A stretch of DNA of 26,180 bases from contig JAYZBQ010000008.1 of assembly GCA_036338695.1 (NCBI GenBank), positions 1-26,180 of the forward strand, given 5' to 3'. Of the stretch, positions 1 to 8,734 are shown one piece after another. The notes beneath the pieces were generated by a model. That model worked only from the letters and a program-made list of their open reading frames with translations, did no database searches and was not told the DNA's origin. Both the position numbers and the translations under genes were made by a program. Position 1 is the stretch's first letter. Each line of letters begins with the position of its first letter. This stretch comes from Myxococcota bacterium. Its GTDB lineage: Bacteria; Myxococcota; UBA4151.

Positions 1-1
1 T

Positions 2-634
2 CGGCGCGCCTCGGCGCTCGCTGTCGTGCGGGCGCTCATCCTAGAGCCGCCCGCAGCGGTCGCATGGCCGACGCTGTACGAGGCCGCGCGGGCGCGCGGC
101 CGGTTGGACCTCGCAGAGATTTTCCGTTTGCCGGAAGGCCCCGGGGACACCTTAGCTCGACCCCTGCTCGATCGCGAGTTGCTCGAGCAGGGCGTGGGTC
201 GACGCGTGGCGCTCGCTCGGCGGGCGCCGATCAATATGATGGAGCGGCTGGTTCTAGACCACGAACCGCGGGTCATCGAAGCCCTGCTCGAGTCTCCACG
301 GATTCGAACTCAAGAGGTCCTGCGGGTGACGACTCGGCGTCCCCTGCCGACGGCGATTGCGCGCACGGTGCTCTGCTCGGATCGATGGAGCGCCGAGTAC
401 CCAGTCGTTCGCTCGCTCGCACGTAACGAGACCTTGGTCGATCGGTGGGGCAGCGCGCTCACGTTGTTGCTCACACCACGCGATCTGGCGGAGGTCGCCG
501 CCGATCCCAAAGCGACCCTTGCGCGCCGCCGCATCGCTCGCTTTCGTCACTTGGCCAGTCAAGGTGCTCCTCAAGCGACACCCGTTGACGACATCCCTGT
601 GATCTCGCTTGACCCCTTACCGGCCGACGACTAG
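2..634 (+). CDS. Hypothetical alpha-helical repeat (LRV/HEAT-like) protein, probably 5'-truncated
   Basis: The frame is open from the window edge (no stop before GTG 26) to TAG 632-634. The pattern RVALARR..ERLVLDHEPRVIEALLESPR..RRP..RWS..YPVVRSLARN resembles conserved myxobacterial helical-repeat hypotheticals (from recall). Confidence 0.6.
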   Translation, partial: RRASALAVVRALILEPPAAVAWPTLYEAARARGRLDLAEIFRLPEGPGDTLARPLLDRELLEQGVGRRVALARRAPINMMERLVLDHEPRVIEALLESPRIRTQEVLRVTTRRPLPTAIARTVLCSDRWSAEYPVVRSLARNETLVDRWGSALTLLLTPRDLAEVAADPKATLARRRIARFRHLASQGAPQATPVDDIPVISLDPLPADD

Positions 635-643
635 GTTTTGGGC

Positions 644-1603
644 ATGATGCGCTTACCCTTCGCCGTGCTGTTGCTGAGTCTCGCCGCGCCGCCTGCGTGG
701 GCGCGCAGTTACGACGTCAGCTTGAGCCGTCTGCGAGAGACGCCGGCGGACGAGGCGAAGTACCGTGGTGTTGCACGTGAGATGGGGCTCGTCCTCGCCC
801 CCTTGCACATCGGTCCGGCGCGCACGACGGGTCACAGTGGTTTTGAGTTCACGCTGCGGATGAGCAGTCACAACATTCATCAAACCCGTCCCTACTGGAC
901 CGACCTCACGCTTGGGGGTGTGATGGACCTCGACGGGGGGACCAACGCGCCGGATACCCTGACCACCACAACCATTGAGGTGCGCAAGGGGCTGCCCTTC
1001 GGTTTGGAGCTCGGGACAAACCTGAGCTGGCTCGAGAACAGCGAGACCTTGGCGCTGGGTGGTCGGCTCCGCATCGGGTTGCTCGAGGGCTATCAGGACA
1101 GCTACGCCCCAGATGTCTCGGTGTACGCAGCGGTCAACCGCATGCTTGGCTCGTCCGAGCTCGACCTCACGACGCTCGCAGCGGGCGCCACCTTGTCGTA
1201 TCGGCAGAGCATCTCCGGTGTCATGAGCGTTTCGCCCTTCTTTGGGTTCGACTTCATTCTTGTTCAGGCTGGCAGTAGCTTGCTCGCCGACCCCAAATAC
1301 GAAGAGGCGCTGGCGGCGGGTTGTCCAGATGGCGGGGCTCAAGGTGATACCTGTCCCGGGCAGTGGGAGGACCCCTCGAACCCGGACAACCTGACGCCTG
1401 CCTGCTACGAGTGCCCTCAGCAGTGGATCGTCTTCGATTCGCTCGATCTTGACGACGCCGACAATCAGTGGAGCCGGGTCCGTTACGGCTTGAGGATCGA
1501 GACGATCCTGATGGCGATCACTCTGCAGCACGACGTGCCGATTGGCGAGTCTCAGCGGCCGGACCAGCACGCGATCAGCGTTGGCTTGAGCGCACACTTT
1601 TAG
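644..1603 (+). CDS. Exported protein, probable outer-membrane beta-barrel
   Basis: Sec-type signal peptide (MMRLPFAVLLLSLAAPPAWA). Many amphipathic beta-strand patterns. Ends in ...ISVGLSAHF with terminal Phe (BAM beta-signal-like). ATG 644/647 preferred over TTG 638. Confidence 0.65.
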   Translation: MMRLPFAVLLLSLAAPPAWARSYDVSLSRLRETPADEAKYRGVAREMGLVLAPLHIGPARTTGHSGFEFTLRMSSHNIHQTRPYWTDLTLGGVMDLDGGTNAPDTLTTTTIEVRKGLPFGLELGTNLSWLENSETLALGGRLRIGLLEGYQDSYAPDVSVYAAVNRMLGSSELDLTTLAAGATLSYRQSISGVMSVSPFFGFDFILVQAGSSLLADPKYEEALAAGCPDGGAQGDTCPGQWEDPSNPDNLTPACYECPQQWIVFDSLDLDDADNQWSRVRYGLRIETILMAITLQHDVPIGESQRPDQHAISVGLSAHF

Positions 1604-1612
1604 GAGACGGTC

Positions 1613-1771
1613 ATGGGTATGGTAGAGGTTCTGATCATCGGTGGGATCGTCGTGCTGATCTTCGGCGGGTCACGCATCCCTGGCCTGCTCAAGGCGATGG
1701 GCGAGGCGAAGGCGGGATATCGCCGCGCCATCGACGGTAAAGAAGACGGCGACGCCGAGTCGGTGGACTGA
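1613..1771 (+). CDS. tatA: Twin-arginine translocase TatA/TatE family subunit (52 aa; not in ORF track)
   Basis: RBS AGGAG at 1602-1606. Translation MGMVEVLIIGGIVVLIFGGSRIPGLLKAMGEAKAGYRRAIDGKEDGDAESVD: Glu at the start of a TM helix, FG hinge, P, amphipathic helix, acidic tail. Confidence 0.9.
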   Translation: MGMVEVLIIGGIVVLIFGGSRIPGLLKAMGEAKAGYRRAIDGKEDGDAESVD

Positions 1772-1924
1772 CAGCGCGCCGCTGATAGACTGAGCTGTGC
1801 GCAGACAGGCGCGTCACGAGGTGACGCGCTCACTTCGTTAAATCATGATCACCTCACGGAGCGGTGGCGCAAGCCCCTGGCCGGCGTCTTTACGCCTGGG
1901 CTGCCGCAATTGCCTCTTGTCGGC

Positions 1925-1980
1925 CTTGAACCTGATTGGCTCTTATTGTACTTAATTGTTGTTGAGTGGTGCTATTTGGG
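1925..1980 (+). promoter_or_regulatory. dcw promoter region with 10-bp-phased repeats, putative MraZ boxes
   Basis: AT-rich stretch upstream of mraZ. Pentamers TTGAA, TTGGC, TTGTA, TTGTT, GTGGT, TTGGG start at 1926, 1936, 1946, 1956, 1966 and 1976. MraZ is known to bind GTGG/TGGG-like direct repeats at 10-bp spacing. Confidence 0.55.
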
Positions 1981-2000
1981 TTTTAGCGTAAGGGGATGTT

Positions 2001-2507
2001 TTGGGGCTGGCGCGAGCACACGGTTATGTCGGCTGCGCCCAGACGACCCTCAATAAAGTGGGGCGAACGCCGATCCCAGCGGCGTGGCTCCCGCGGGTTC
2101 AGGCGCAGAGCCCCGGTGAAGATCGCAGCCTGGTGATCGGTCTCTCGCCGGACACGAAACGCCCAGCCCATCTCTTGGTGTTAGCGCCCGAGGACATCAG
2201 CGAAGCGATCTCGATGCTCGAGCGTTACCCCAGCGATGCGGTGCGGCACGCTGTCTGGCGGCGATTTAATCGGCACTGCGTGCAGATCACACGCGACGGG
2301 AGCGACCGGATCGTGATCCCGAAGTCGTTGCGGGAGCAAGCGGGGCTTGAGGTTGGTGAGCTTCATTGGTTGGGTGAGCGTAACAAGCTCCGCCTCTTTA
2401 GCGCCGAGGGTTGGGCGCTCTATCGTGAGATCGAGGAGGCCGAACTGGCGCTCCCTGACGCCGAAGAGCTGGTAGGCTACCGCGGGCAAGTCGGCGGGCT
2501 TCTCTAA
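2001..2507 (+). CDS. mraZ: Transcriptional regulator MraZ (divergent)
   Basis: Two SpoVT/AbrB-like motifs (TLNKVGRTPIP and RDGSDRIVIPKSLREQAGL). First gene before rsmH. AAGGGG lies 5 nt before TTG 2001. Confidence 0.85.
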   Translation: MGLARAHGYVGCAQTTLNKVGRTPIPAAWLPRVQAQSPGEDRSLVIGLSPDTKRPAHLLVLAPEDISEAISMLERYPSDAVRHAVWRRFNRHCVQITRDGSDRIVIPKSLREQAGLEVGELHWLGERNKLRLFSAEGWALYREIEEAELALPDAEELVGYRGQVGGLL

Positions 2508-3457
2508 TGAGCGCTGGGGCGAACGCAGAGCCCCACGTCCCTGTCCTACTTCAGGACTGCCTTGACCTCCTAGAGCCTACTCGGGGCGGCTGCTTTGTCG
2601 ACTGCACCCTGGGCGCAGGCGGGCACGCACGCGCGATCTTGGAGCGCCTCCCAGCGAGCGCACGCTTGATCTGCATTGATCAAGATGTGCGCGCACATGA
2701 CGAGGCTGCTCGCTCCGGCCTCGCTGCCGATCCTCGCGTGTGCTTGGTCCGCGGGAACTTTGAAGTGCTCGGTCAGCTGCTGCTCCAAGAAGGCGTGACG
2801 AAAGTCGACGGCTTACTCGCTGATTTTGGTGTCTCGAGTATGCAGCTCGACGAGCCAGGCCGCGGCTTTAGTTTTCGGCGCGACGAGCCGTTGCGCATGG
2901 TCATGGACCAGAGCGCCGATCAGAACGCTCAAGAGTGGCTCAACACGGTCGATGAAAAGGAGCTAGCGGACGTGATCTATCGTTACGGTGAAGAGCGGGC
3001 GAGTCGCCGCATTGCCGCAGCGCTGGTCGCAGCGCGGCCCTTGTTGACGACAGGTCAGCTCGCCGAGGTGGTCTGCGCCGCGCTTCGGCGCTGGCCTCGG
3101 GTGGGTCAGAGGCACCCGGCGACCCAGGTTTTCCAAGCGGTGCGCATCGCCATCAACCGTGAGCTCGCCGTGATCGAGCGGCTGCTGGAGCAGCTGCCGG
3201 ACCTAATGGCTGATGGGGGGCGTGCGGCGTTTATCTCGTTTCATTCGTTGGAGCACCGGCTGGTCAAGTCGTGGGCGAAGCGTGAGTCGACCGACGACTA
3301 CGGTCCCCCGCTCGCCGCACGTCGTGAGCCGATTCGTGTTCGGCGTTTTGAGCGGCTCACGCGCAAGGCGGTTCAAGCCAGCGATGAGGAGCGGCAGCGC
3401 AACTCTCGAGCGCGCAGTGCCCAGCTTCGAGTCGTTCGTCGCTTGGAGGCGCCATGA
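2507..3457 (+). CDS. rsmH: 16S rRNA m4C1402 methyltransferase RsmH (MraW)
   Basis: HVPVLL, DCTLGAGGHA, DFGVSSMQLD, RGFSF, FQAVRIAIN, ISFHSLE, NSRARSA motifs. Confidence 0.98.
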   Translation: MSAGANAEPHVPVLLQDCLDLLEPTRGGCFVDCTLGAGGHARAILERLPASARLICIDQDVRAHDEAARSGLAADPRVCLVRGNFEVLGQLLLQEGVTKVDGLLADFGVSSMQLDEPGRGFSFRRDEPLRMVMDQSADQNAQEWLNTVDEKELADVIYRYGEERASRRIAAALVAARPLLTTGQLAEVVCAALRRWPRVGQRHPATQVFQAVRIAINRELAVIERLLEQLPDLMADGGRAAFISFHSLEHRLVKSWAKRESTDDYGPPLAARREPIRVRRFERLTRKAVQASDEERQRNSRARSAQLRVVRRLEAP

Positions 3458-3771
3458 AGGCTGAGAGTACGCGCCTAGGCGCATGGCGTCGCGGTGATCG
3501 CAGCGAGCGCGTTGGCTTCGGTGTTTTTCTATTTTGGTCGGTCGTTCCCTTGCTCTGCGCCTTGTTGGTGCTGACGTGGGCGCGCGTAGAGACTCGGCGC
3601 GTCCAGTACGCGCTGGCGCAGGTGGCTCAAGAGGAGCGTGATTGGAGTCGCCGTGCCCGGCGTGCAGAGGCAGAGTGGCAAGCTGTGAGCAGCCGCGAGA
3701 GCTTGACGCGCGCAGCGCGCATGATGGGGCTTTCAACGGCGCGACCGCATCAGCGGATTAAGCTGCCATGA
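3454..3771 (+). CDS. ftsL: Cell division protein FtsL
   Basis: 105 aa with one TM segment, a coiled-coil and a ...AARMMGL..P...I tail. Lies between rsmH and ftsI with ATGA overlaps. Confidence 0.85.
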   Translation: MKAESTRLGAWRRGDRSERVGFGVFLFWSVVPLLCALLVLTWARVETRRVQYALAQVAQEERDWSRRARRAEAEWQAVSSRESLTRAARMMGLSTARPHQRIKLP

Positions 3772-5975
3772 GTCGGCGACCGCAGCGTGCCATGTTGAGC
3801 AGCACGCGCCTGAATTGGGCGATGGGAATCGGCGTTTTCCTGGCTGTGGCGGTCGTGGCTCGAGCTGCGCTCATGCCGGTTGTCTACGCCGACGAGCTGG
3901 CGCGCATCGCCGATCGGCGGGGTGGGACGACCTCGGTTGAGAGTTATCGAGGCGCTATCTTTGACCGACACGGTGTGGCGCTGGCGGTGACGCGTCCGTC
4001 GGTGCAGCTCAGCCTCGACCTGCGCGTGCTTAGTCGCGAGCTCGCTGTACAAGGCGCTGAGCTCGGAACCTTCCTGGCGGACCTGTCGCGCAGACTCGGG
4101 CTCGAGACGGATGATGTGCGCGCGATCGACGAAAAAATCGGAGTCTCAGTGCTCCGAGGTGTCCTGCTGCATCGCGAGCTTCTGGCCTCACGCGATTTCG
4201 AGAACCGCAAGAAGCTCAAGCGGGCGATCGCCGACCTGCCGCGCTACGTAGCGATTCTCAAGCGTCAGAGCCTAGGTCACGGCGAGCTCCTTAGAAAACT
4301 CAAGAGTCAGGCGCGGATCGGAAAGCTGGTGAGCGAGGCGGCGCAGGCTGACGGCGTGATCCCAGGTTATTATGCCGCCATCATTATTGAGCAGCAGCCT
4401 CAGCGTAGCTACCCTGAGGGGCAATTAGCTGCGAAAATTCTCGGCTTTACAGACCGCAACATGAAAGGTGTCGAGGGTGTCGAACGGGCGATGAATTCGG
4501 CGTTGAACCCCCGGCGGCAAATGGTGCGCGGGGCGCGTGACCGCCGGCGTCGGTTCCTTCCCGAAGATGAGATCCCGGTCTCCGATGCACTCGCTGGTGG
4601 GAGCGTCTACCTTACGATCGATCAGCGGATCCAAGCGAGCCTCGAAGAAGCCCTGATCGAGCGAGTGCGAGATCAGCAGGCTGAGGCAGGCGCCGGCGTG
4701 GTGCTCGACGCCAAGACCGGCGCGGTGTTAGCTATGGCGTCCGTCCCGGTGCTCGAGAGCGGCGAGCGGGTGGCGCGCATGGCGCCCGAGTTTAAAGAGC
4801 GCGTCGCCTTTTATGGTTACGACCTCGGCTCGACCGTCAAGCCATTCGTGGTCGCAAAGGCGCTCGAGGCGCGCGCCATCAAGGCGCATCAGACCTTTGA
4901 GTGCGACAACGGTCGCATCCTGATCCCAGGCAAGCGGCGCCCAACCTTTGATCACCACAAGATGGACAAGTGCACGGTCACCGAGATCATTGCGCACAGC
5001 TCGAACGTCGGCGTCGTCAAGATCGGTCGGATCACAGGGCTCAACCCCATGCGCAGCTATTTCGAGGAGGCGGGGCTCACGGCGACGCCGCCCTTGGGCA
5101 TCGGTCGGCCGCCGCGCGGCGCGCTGCCGAGGCTTCGCAATGGTCGCCTGGTGAGCCGCACCGACGGGGAGGTTATGCTGTTTGGGTATGCCCTGCGCGG
5201 CACGCTGCTCTCGATCACGAGCGCCTACACCGCCTTTGCCAATGAGGGGGTCCGTATCAACCCGTATCTGGTCGATCGGGTGGTCAAAGACGACCTCGAA
5301 GAGGTGCTTCCTCGTGGGAAGCGTCAACGTCTGATGGGCGCGCAGACCGCCCAGGCGATCTTGCCGATGTTGACAGCTGTCGTACACGGTGGCGAGCAAC
5401 ACCCGGCGAGGATTCCGGGTGTCAAGGTGGGCGGCAAAACGGGCACGAGCCAGAAGTTGGTGCGTGGGCTGGGCTATCAAGGGCACCGTAAACGCTACGC
5501 GTCGTTTGTTGGCATCGCGCCGATCGACGACCCACGCTTCGTGATCGGCGTGATGATCGATTCGCCAAAGGATCGCTACGGAGCCATCGCCGCAGGGCCG
5601 GTTTTTCGTCAGGTGGGTCACTATGCCCTGACGCGGGTTGCGGGGATGGAGCTGCCCGATCTCGATGGGCTCTCCGCTGAGGCGCTTGCGATCCTGGCGC
5701 CCGGCGAGACGTCGGATGAGACGCAGGTGGCGGAGGCACACATCGGTGATCTGCTCAAAGGGATGGCCGATGAGCAGCGGCGCAACCAGCGGATTCTTGG
5801 GGCATTGCCCGATTTTGTCGGCTTGGATGCGCGCTCGGCGCTCTCGGAGATCGCCACCCTTGATCTGCCGGTTCGGGTTCAAGGAAGCGGGCGCGTCCTC
5901 AAGCAGGTTCCCGCGCCGGATACGCCTCTGAGTGAGATCCACGGGGCCATCTTTTTGCAGCTAGGGACCCTCTGA
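3768..5975 (+). CDS. ftsI: Class B penicillin-binding protein FtsI/PBP3 with C-terminal PASTA domain
   Basis: N-terminal TM, RGAIFDRHG, RSYPEG, GVEGVE. Active-site motifs STVK, SSN and KTG. PASTA-like tail LPDFVGLDAR...GSGRVLKQVPAP. Confidence 0.95.
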   Translation: MSRRPQRAMLSSTRLNWAMGIGVFLAVAVVARAALMPVVYADELARIADRRGGTTSVESYRGAIFDRHGVALAVTRPSVQLSLDLRVLSRELAVQGAELGTFLADLSRRLGLETDDVRAIDEKIGVSVLRGVLLHRELLASRDFENRKKLKRAIADLPRYVAILKRQSLGHGELLRKLKSQARIGKLVSEAAQADGVIPGYYAAIIIEQQPQRSYPEGQLAAKILGFTDRNMKGVEGVERAMNSALNPRRQMVRGARDRRRRFLPEDEIPVSDALAGGSVYLTIDQRIQASLEEALIERVRDQQAEAGAGVVLDAKTGAVLAMASVPVLESGERVARMAPEFKERVAFYGYDLGSTVKPFVVAKALEARAIKAHQTFECDNGRILIPGKRRPTFDHHKMDKCTVTEIIAHSSNVGVVKIGRITGLNPMRSYFEEAGLTATPPLGIGRPPRGALPRLRNGRLVSRTDGEVMLFGYALRGTLLSITSAYTAFANEGVRINPYLVDRVVKDDLEEVLPRGKRQRLMGAQTAQAILPMLTAVVHGGEQHPARIPGVKVGGKTGTSQKLVRGLGYQGHRKRYASFVGIAPIDDPRFVIGVMIDSPKDRYGAIAAGPVFRQVGHYALTRVAGMELPDLDGLSAEALAILAPGETSDETQVAEAHIGDLLKGMADEQRRNQRILGALPDFVGLDARSALSEIATLDLPVRVQGSGRVLKQVPAPDTPLSEIHGAIFLQLGTL

Positions 5976-7415
5976 ATGGAGGTGGTAGCGAAGCTGCGGC
6001 GAGCAGGTGTTCGCGCCTTGACGGTCGACAGCCGCCGAGCTGCGCCGGAGGTTGCGTTTGTCGCTCTGCCGCCCGCCACGCCTGCGAGTCATGACGGGCG
6101 GGACTTCGCGCACAGCGCGCTCGCCTGCGGCGCACCGATTGTGCTCGGACAAGGCGCGCGCCCCGAGACCGTCCCCGAGGCGCGCTGGGTCGAGCTCTCG
6201 GACGTACGTAAGGACTACCCGGGCATCGCCGCTGAGTTGGCGGGTGAGTGGGGTCAAAACGTCAGCGTTTTTGGGGTCACCGGTACAGACGGTAAGACCT
6301 CCGTCGCCTGGCTCGCCAGCGAGCTGCTCAGCGCACTCAGTGGGGGCGCCTGCGCCCGGTTGGGGACGCTCGGTGTTCAGTGGGCAGGTGTGGACGAGCA
6401 ACCCGGTTTCACGACGCTGCCAGCGGCGGCGCTGCATCCGCTCTTGGCGCGGATGGCGGGCGATGGGGTACGCTGGCTGGTGATGGAGGTCAGCTCGCAC
6501 GCGCTGGCGCTTGGGCGCGTCGGCGCGGTTCGGTTCCGCGCCGGTATGCTCACGACGCTTGCGCGCGATCACCTCGACTTTCACGGCGACGTCGAGCGTT
6601 ACCACCGATGTAAGCTCGACTGGTTAGACGGGTTGCCGAGCGATGCGGCGATCATCGCCCCGAAGGCTCTGGTCCACCGGTTCAAAGAGCCCGAGCGTGT
6701 GCGCTCCGTCGGTGGCTCGGGGGTTCGGATCCAATTGCTTACTTGGCAGCGAGGCTGGAGCGACGTCCAGCTCGAGTGGGCAGGGGGCGCCGTGGCGACA
6801 CGGACGCGTCTGACGGGTCAGCTGATGCTCGATAATCTTGCGATGGCTTGCGAGCTCGCTCGCCACGCCGGCTTTGGTTGGACGCAGATCGCTGAGGCGA
6901 TCCCGAAGGTTGCGCCCGTTCCGGGGCGGTTTGAGCCGGTCGGCGCGCAGAGCGTGGTGGACTATGCCCACACACCCGACGCGCTGGAGCAGGCGCTGCG
7001 CGCGTTGCGGACGCAGTGCTCACGGCGCCTGATCGTCGTCTTCGGGGCTGGCGGTGACCGTGACCGCGGCAAGCGCGCAGAGATGGCGGCGGCGGCTGAG
7101 CGGTTGGCGGACGTTGTGATCGTCACGACGGACAACCCGCGCAACGAAGCGCCGGAGATGATCATCGACGAGATCGCTGCCGGCTTTCGAGGCGCCGAGC
7201 TGCCTGTTGATGAGCTGAGCGATGCACAAGCCGGCTGGGCTCGTGTGGAGGACCGCCGGCTTGCGATCGAGCGAGCCTACGCGCTGTGCGCGCCCGGCGA
7301 CCTGTTGTTGGTCGCAGGGAAGGGGGCTGAGCAGACCCAGGAGGTCGCCGGTCAATTCCTACCGTTTGATGATCGACGCGTACTGCATCAGGTCATCGGA
7401 GAAGAACCATGTTAA
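5976..7415 (+). CDS. murE: UDP-MurNAc-tripeptide synthetase MurE (meso-DAP type)
   Basis: DSRR, GVTGTDGKTS, MEVSSHAL, DHLDFH, DYAHTPDA, GGDRDRGKR, DNPR (meso-DAP signature), AGKG. Confidence 0.96.
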   Translation: MEVVAKLRRAGVRALTVDSRRAAPEVAFVALPPATPASHDGRDFAHSALACGAPIVLGQGARPETVPEARWVELSDVRKDYPGIAAELAGEWGQNVSVFGVTGTDGKTSVAWLASELLSALSGGACARLGTLGVQWAGVDEQPGFTTLPAAALHPLLARMAGDGVRWLVMEVSSHALALGRVGAVRFRAGMLTTLARDHLDFHGDVERYHRCKLDWLDGLPSDAAIIAPKALVHRFKEPERVRSVGGSGVRIQLLTWQRGWSDVQLEWAGGAVATRTRLTGQLMLDNLAMACELARHAGFGWTQIAEAIPKVAPVPGRFEPVGAQSVVDYAHTPDALEQALRALRTQCSRRLIVVFGAGGDRDRGKRAEMAAAAERLADVVIVTTDNPRNEAPEMIIDEIAAGFRGAELPVDELSDAQAGWARVEDRRLAIERAYALCAPGDLLLVAGKGAEQTQEVAGQFLPFDDRRVLHQVIGEEPC

Positions 7416-8734
7416 CGACCTCGGTGCTGCGAAAGGCGTGTCGTGTTTTGGGCTGGACCGCGATCGGTACGTGGCCTGAGCGACTCGATGGGGTCGGGAC
7501 GGACTCGCGTGCGTCGCTCGAGCATCAGCTGTTTGTGGCGCTGGTGGGTGAGCGGTTCGATGGTCATGAGTTTCTAGATGCAGCCGTCCGTCAGGGCGCA
7601 CGTGTCCTGCTCGTTCAGCGTCTCTATGCGGCGCGCTGGGGTCGTAAACACCCGGAGCTGCTGGTGGTCGGTGTTGAGGACACGCTGTATGCCCTGGGTG
7701 AGCTCGCTCGATTGGCGCGCGCTGAGGACCCTCGCCCGGTCGTAGCGATCACGGGTTCCGCAGGCAAAACAACGACCCGCTGGGCACTTGTCCAAGCGCT
7801 TGAGGCGGCGGGTGTCACCGCACACACGCAGGTGGGCAACGAGAACAACCGTATCGGCGTACCTCGCTTTTTGCTCAACCTCCCTGAGCCGGTGCTTGGT
7901 CCCGAGGTCGTGGTGGTGGAATGTGGCACCTCTGAACCGGGTGAAATCGCCCGGCTCGGCGCGATCTGTTGGCCGAACGCCTCGATCATTACGGCGGTCT
8001 GCGCGGCGCACACTGAGCTGCTCATCGATGAGTCGGGAGTGGCGCATGAAAAAGGCGATCTCGCGCGTGCTGCATCGCCGGGCGAGGGCTTCGCCGTCGT
8101 GGTTCCTGGCGATGAGCGGCTCGAGGCCGCAGCGCTCGAAGGTGAGCGTCGCCTGCTCGCGCCCTATGATTTGATGAACGCCCCCGGTTGGTCGGGCGCT
8201 CCGGCGCATCTGCGCGCCAACGGCAGTAAGGCGCTTGCGGTCGTCGCCGCGCTGGGGTTTGAATTGACCGATTCGGTCGTTCGCGGCGCCCGTCTGGACC
8301 CGCCAGCAGGGCGTGGAGGCGTCATCGACGTCCATGATTGGCGCGTCATGGACGACAGCTACAACGCCAATCAGGCGAGTATGATCGCCGCGCTCGATAC
8401 AGCTGCAGCCGCCGCTGCGCTCGATGGCTTGCCGCTTGTCGCCTGCCTCGGCGAGATGCGCGAGCTGGGTGATCAAGCGGAAGAGGCGCACCGGCAGGTA
8501 CTCCAGCACGCAATCGACGTTGGCGCCCAAAAAATAGTTTTTACAGGCCCTTACGCGGCGCTCGCTGCAGCCCAAGCCGAGGGCCATGAGGCGGTCGAGG
8601 TAACAGTCGCCGACGATGCGTCCGATCTACTGAGTCGGATCGATGATTTGCCCCGCCCAGCGTTCGTTTTGGTCAAGGGCAGCCGTGGCGCTCGCATGGA
8701 GCGATGGATCGACGCGATGAGGGAACGAGGCTGA
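7409..8734 (+). CDS. murF: UDP-MurNAc-pentapeptide synthetase MurF
   Basis: TDSR, FVALVGERFDGHEF, ITGSAGKTTT, NNRIGVP, DDSYNAN, GEMRELG, VKGSRG. Confidence 0.95.
   Translation: MLTTSVLRKACRVLGWTAIGTWPERLDGVGTDSRASLEHQLFVALVGERFDGHEFLDAAVRQGARVLLVQRLYAARWGRKHPELLVVGVEDTLYALGELARLARAEDPRPVVAITGSAGKTTTRWALVQALEAAGVTAHTQVGNENNRIGVPRFLLNLPEPVLGPEVVVVECGTSEPGEIARLGAICWPNASIITAVCAAHTELLIDESGVAHEKGDLARAASPGEGFAVVVPGDERLEAAALEGERRLLAPYDLMNAPGWSGAPAHLRANGSKALAVVAALGFELTDSVVRGARLDPPAGRGGVIDVHDWRVMDDSYNANQASMIAALDTAAAAAALDGLPLVACLGEMRELGDQAEEAHRQVLQHAIDVGAQKIVFTGPYAALAAAQAEGHEAVEVTVADDASDLLSRIDDLPRPAFVLVKGSRGARMERWIDAMRERG

Noticed and set aside
1996..2136. Out-of-frame ORF starting MFWGWREHTV, resembling an MraZ N-terminus (possible frameshift)
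   Set aside because: The TTG 2001 frame already has its own equivalent motif (YVGCAQTTLNKVGR) and better RBS spacing. The ATG frame degenerates after 10 codons, so this is likely coincidence.
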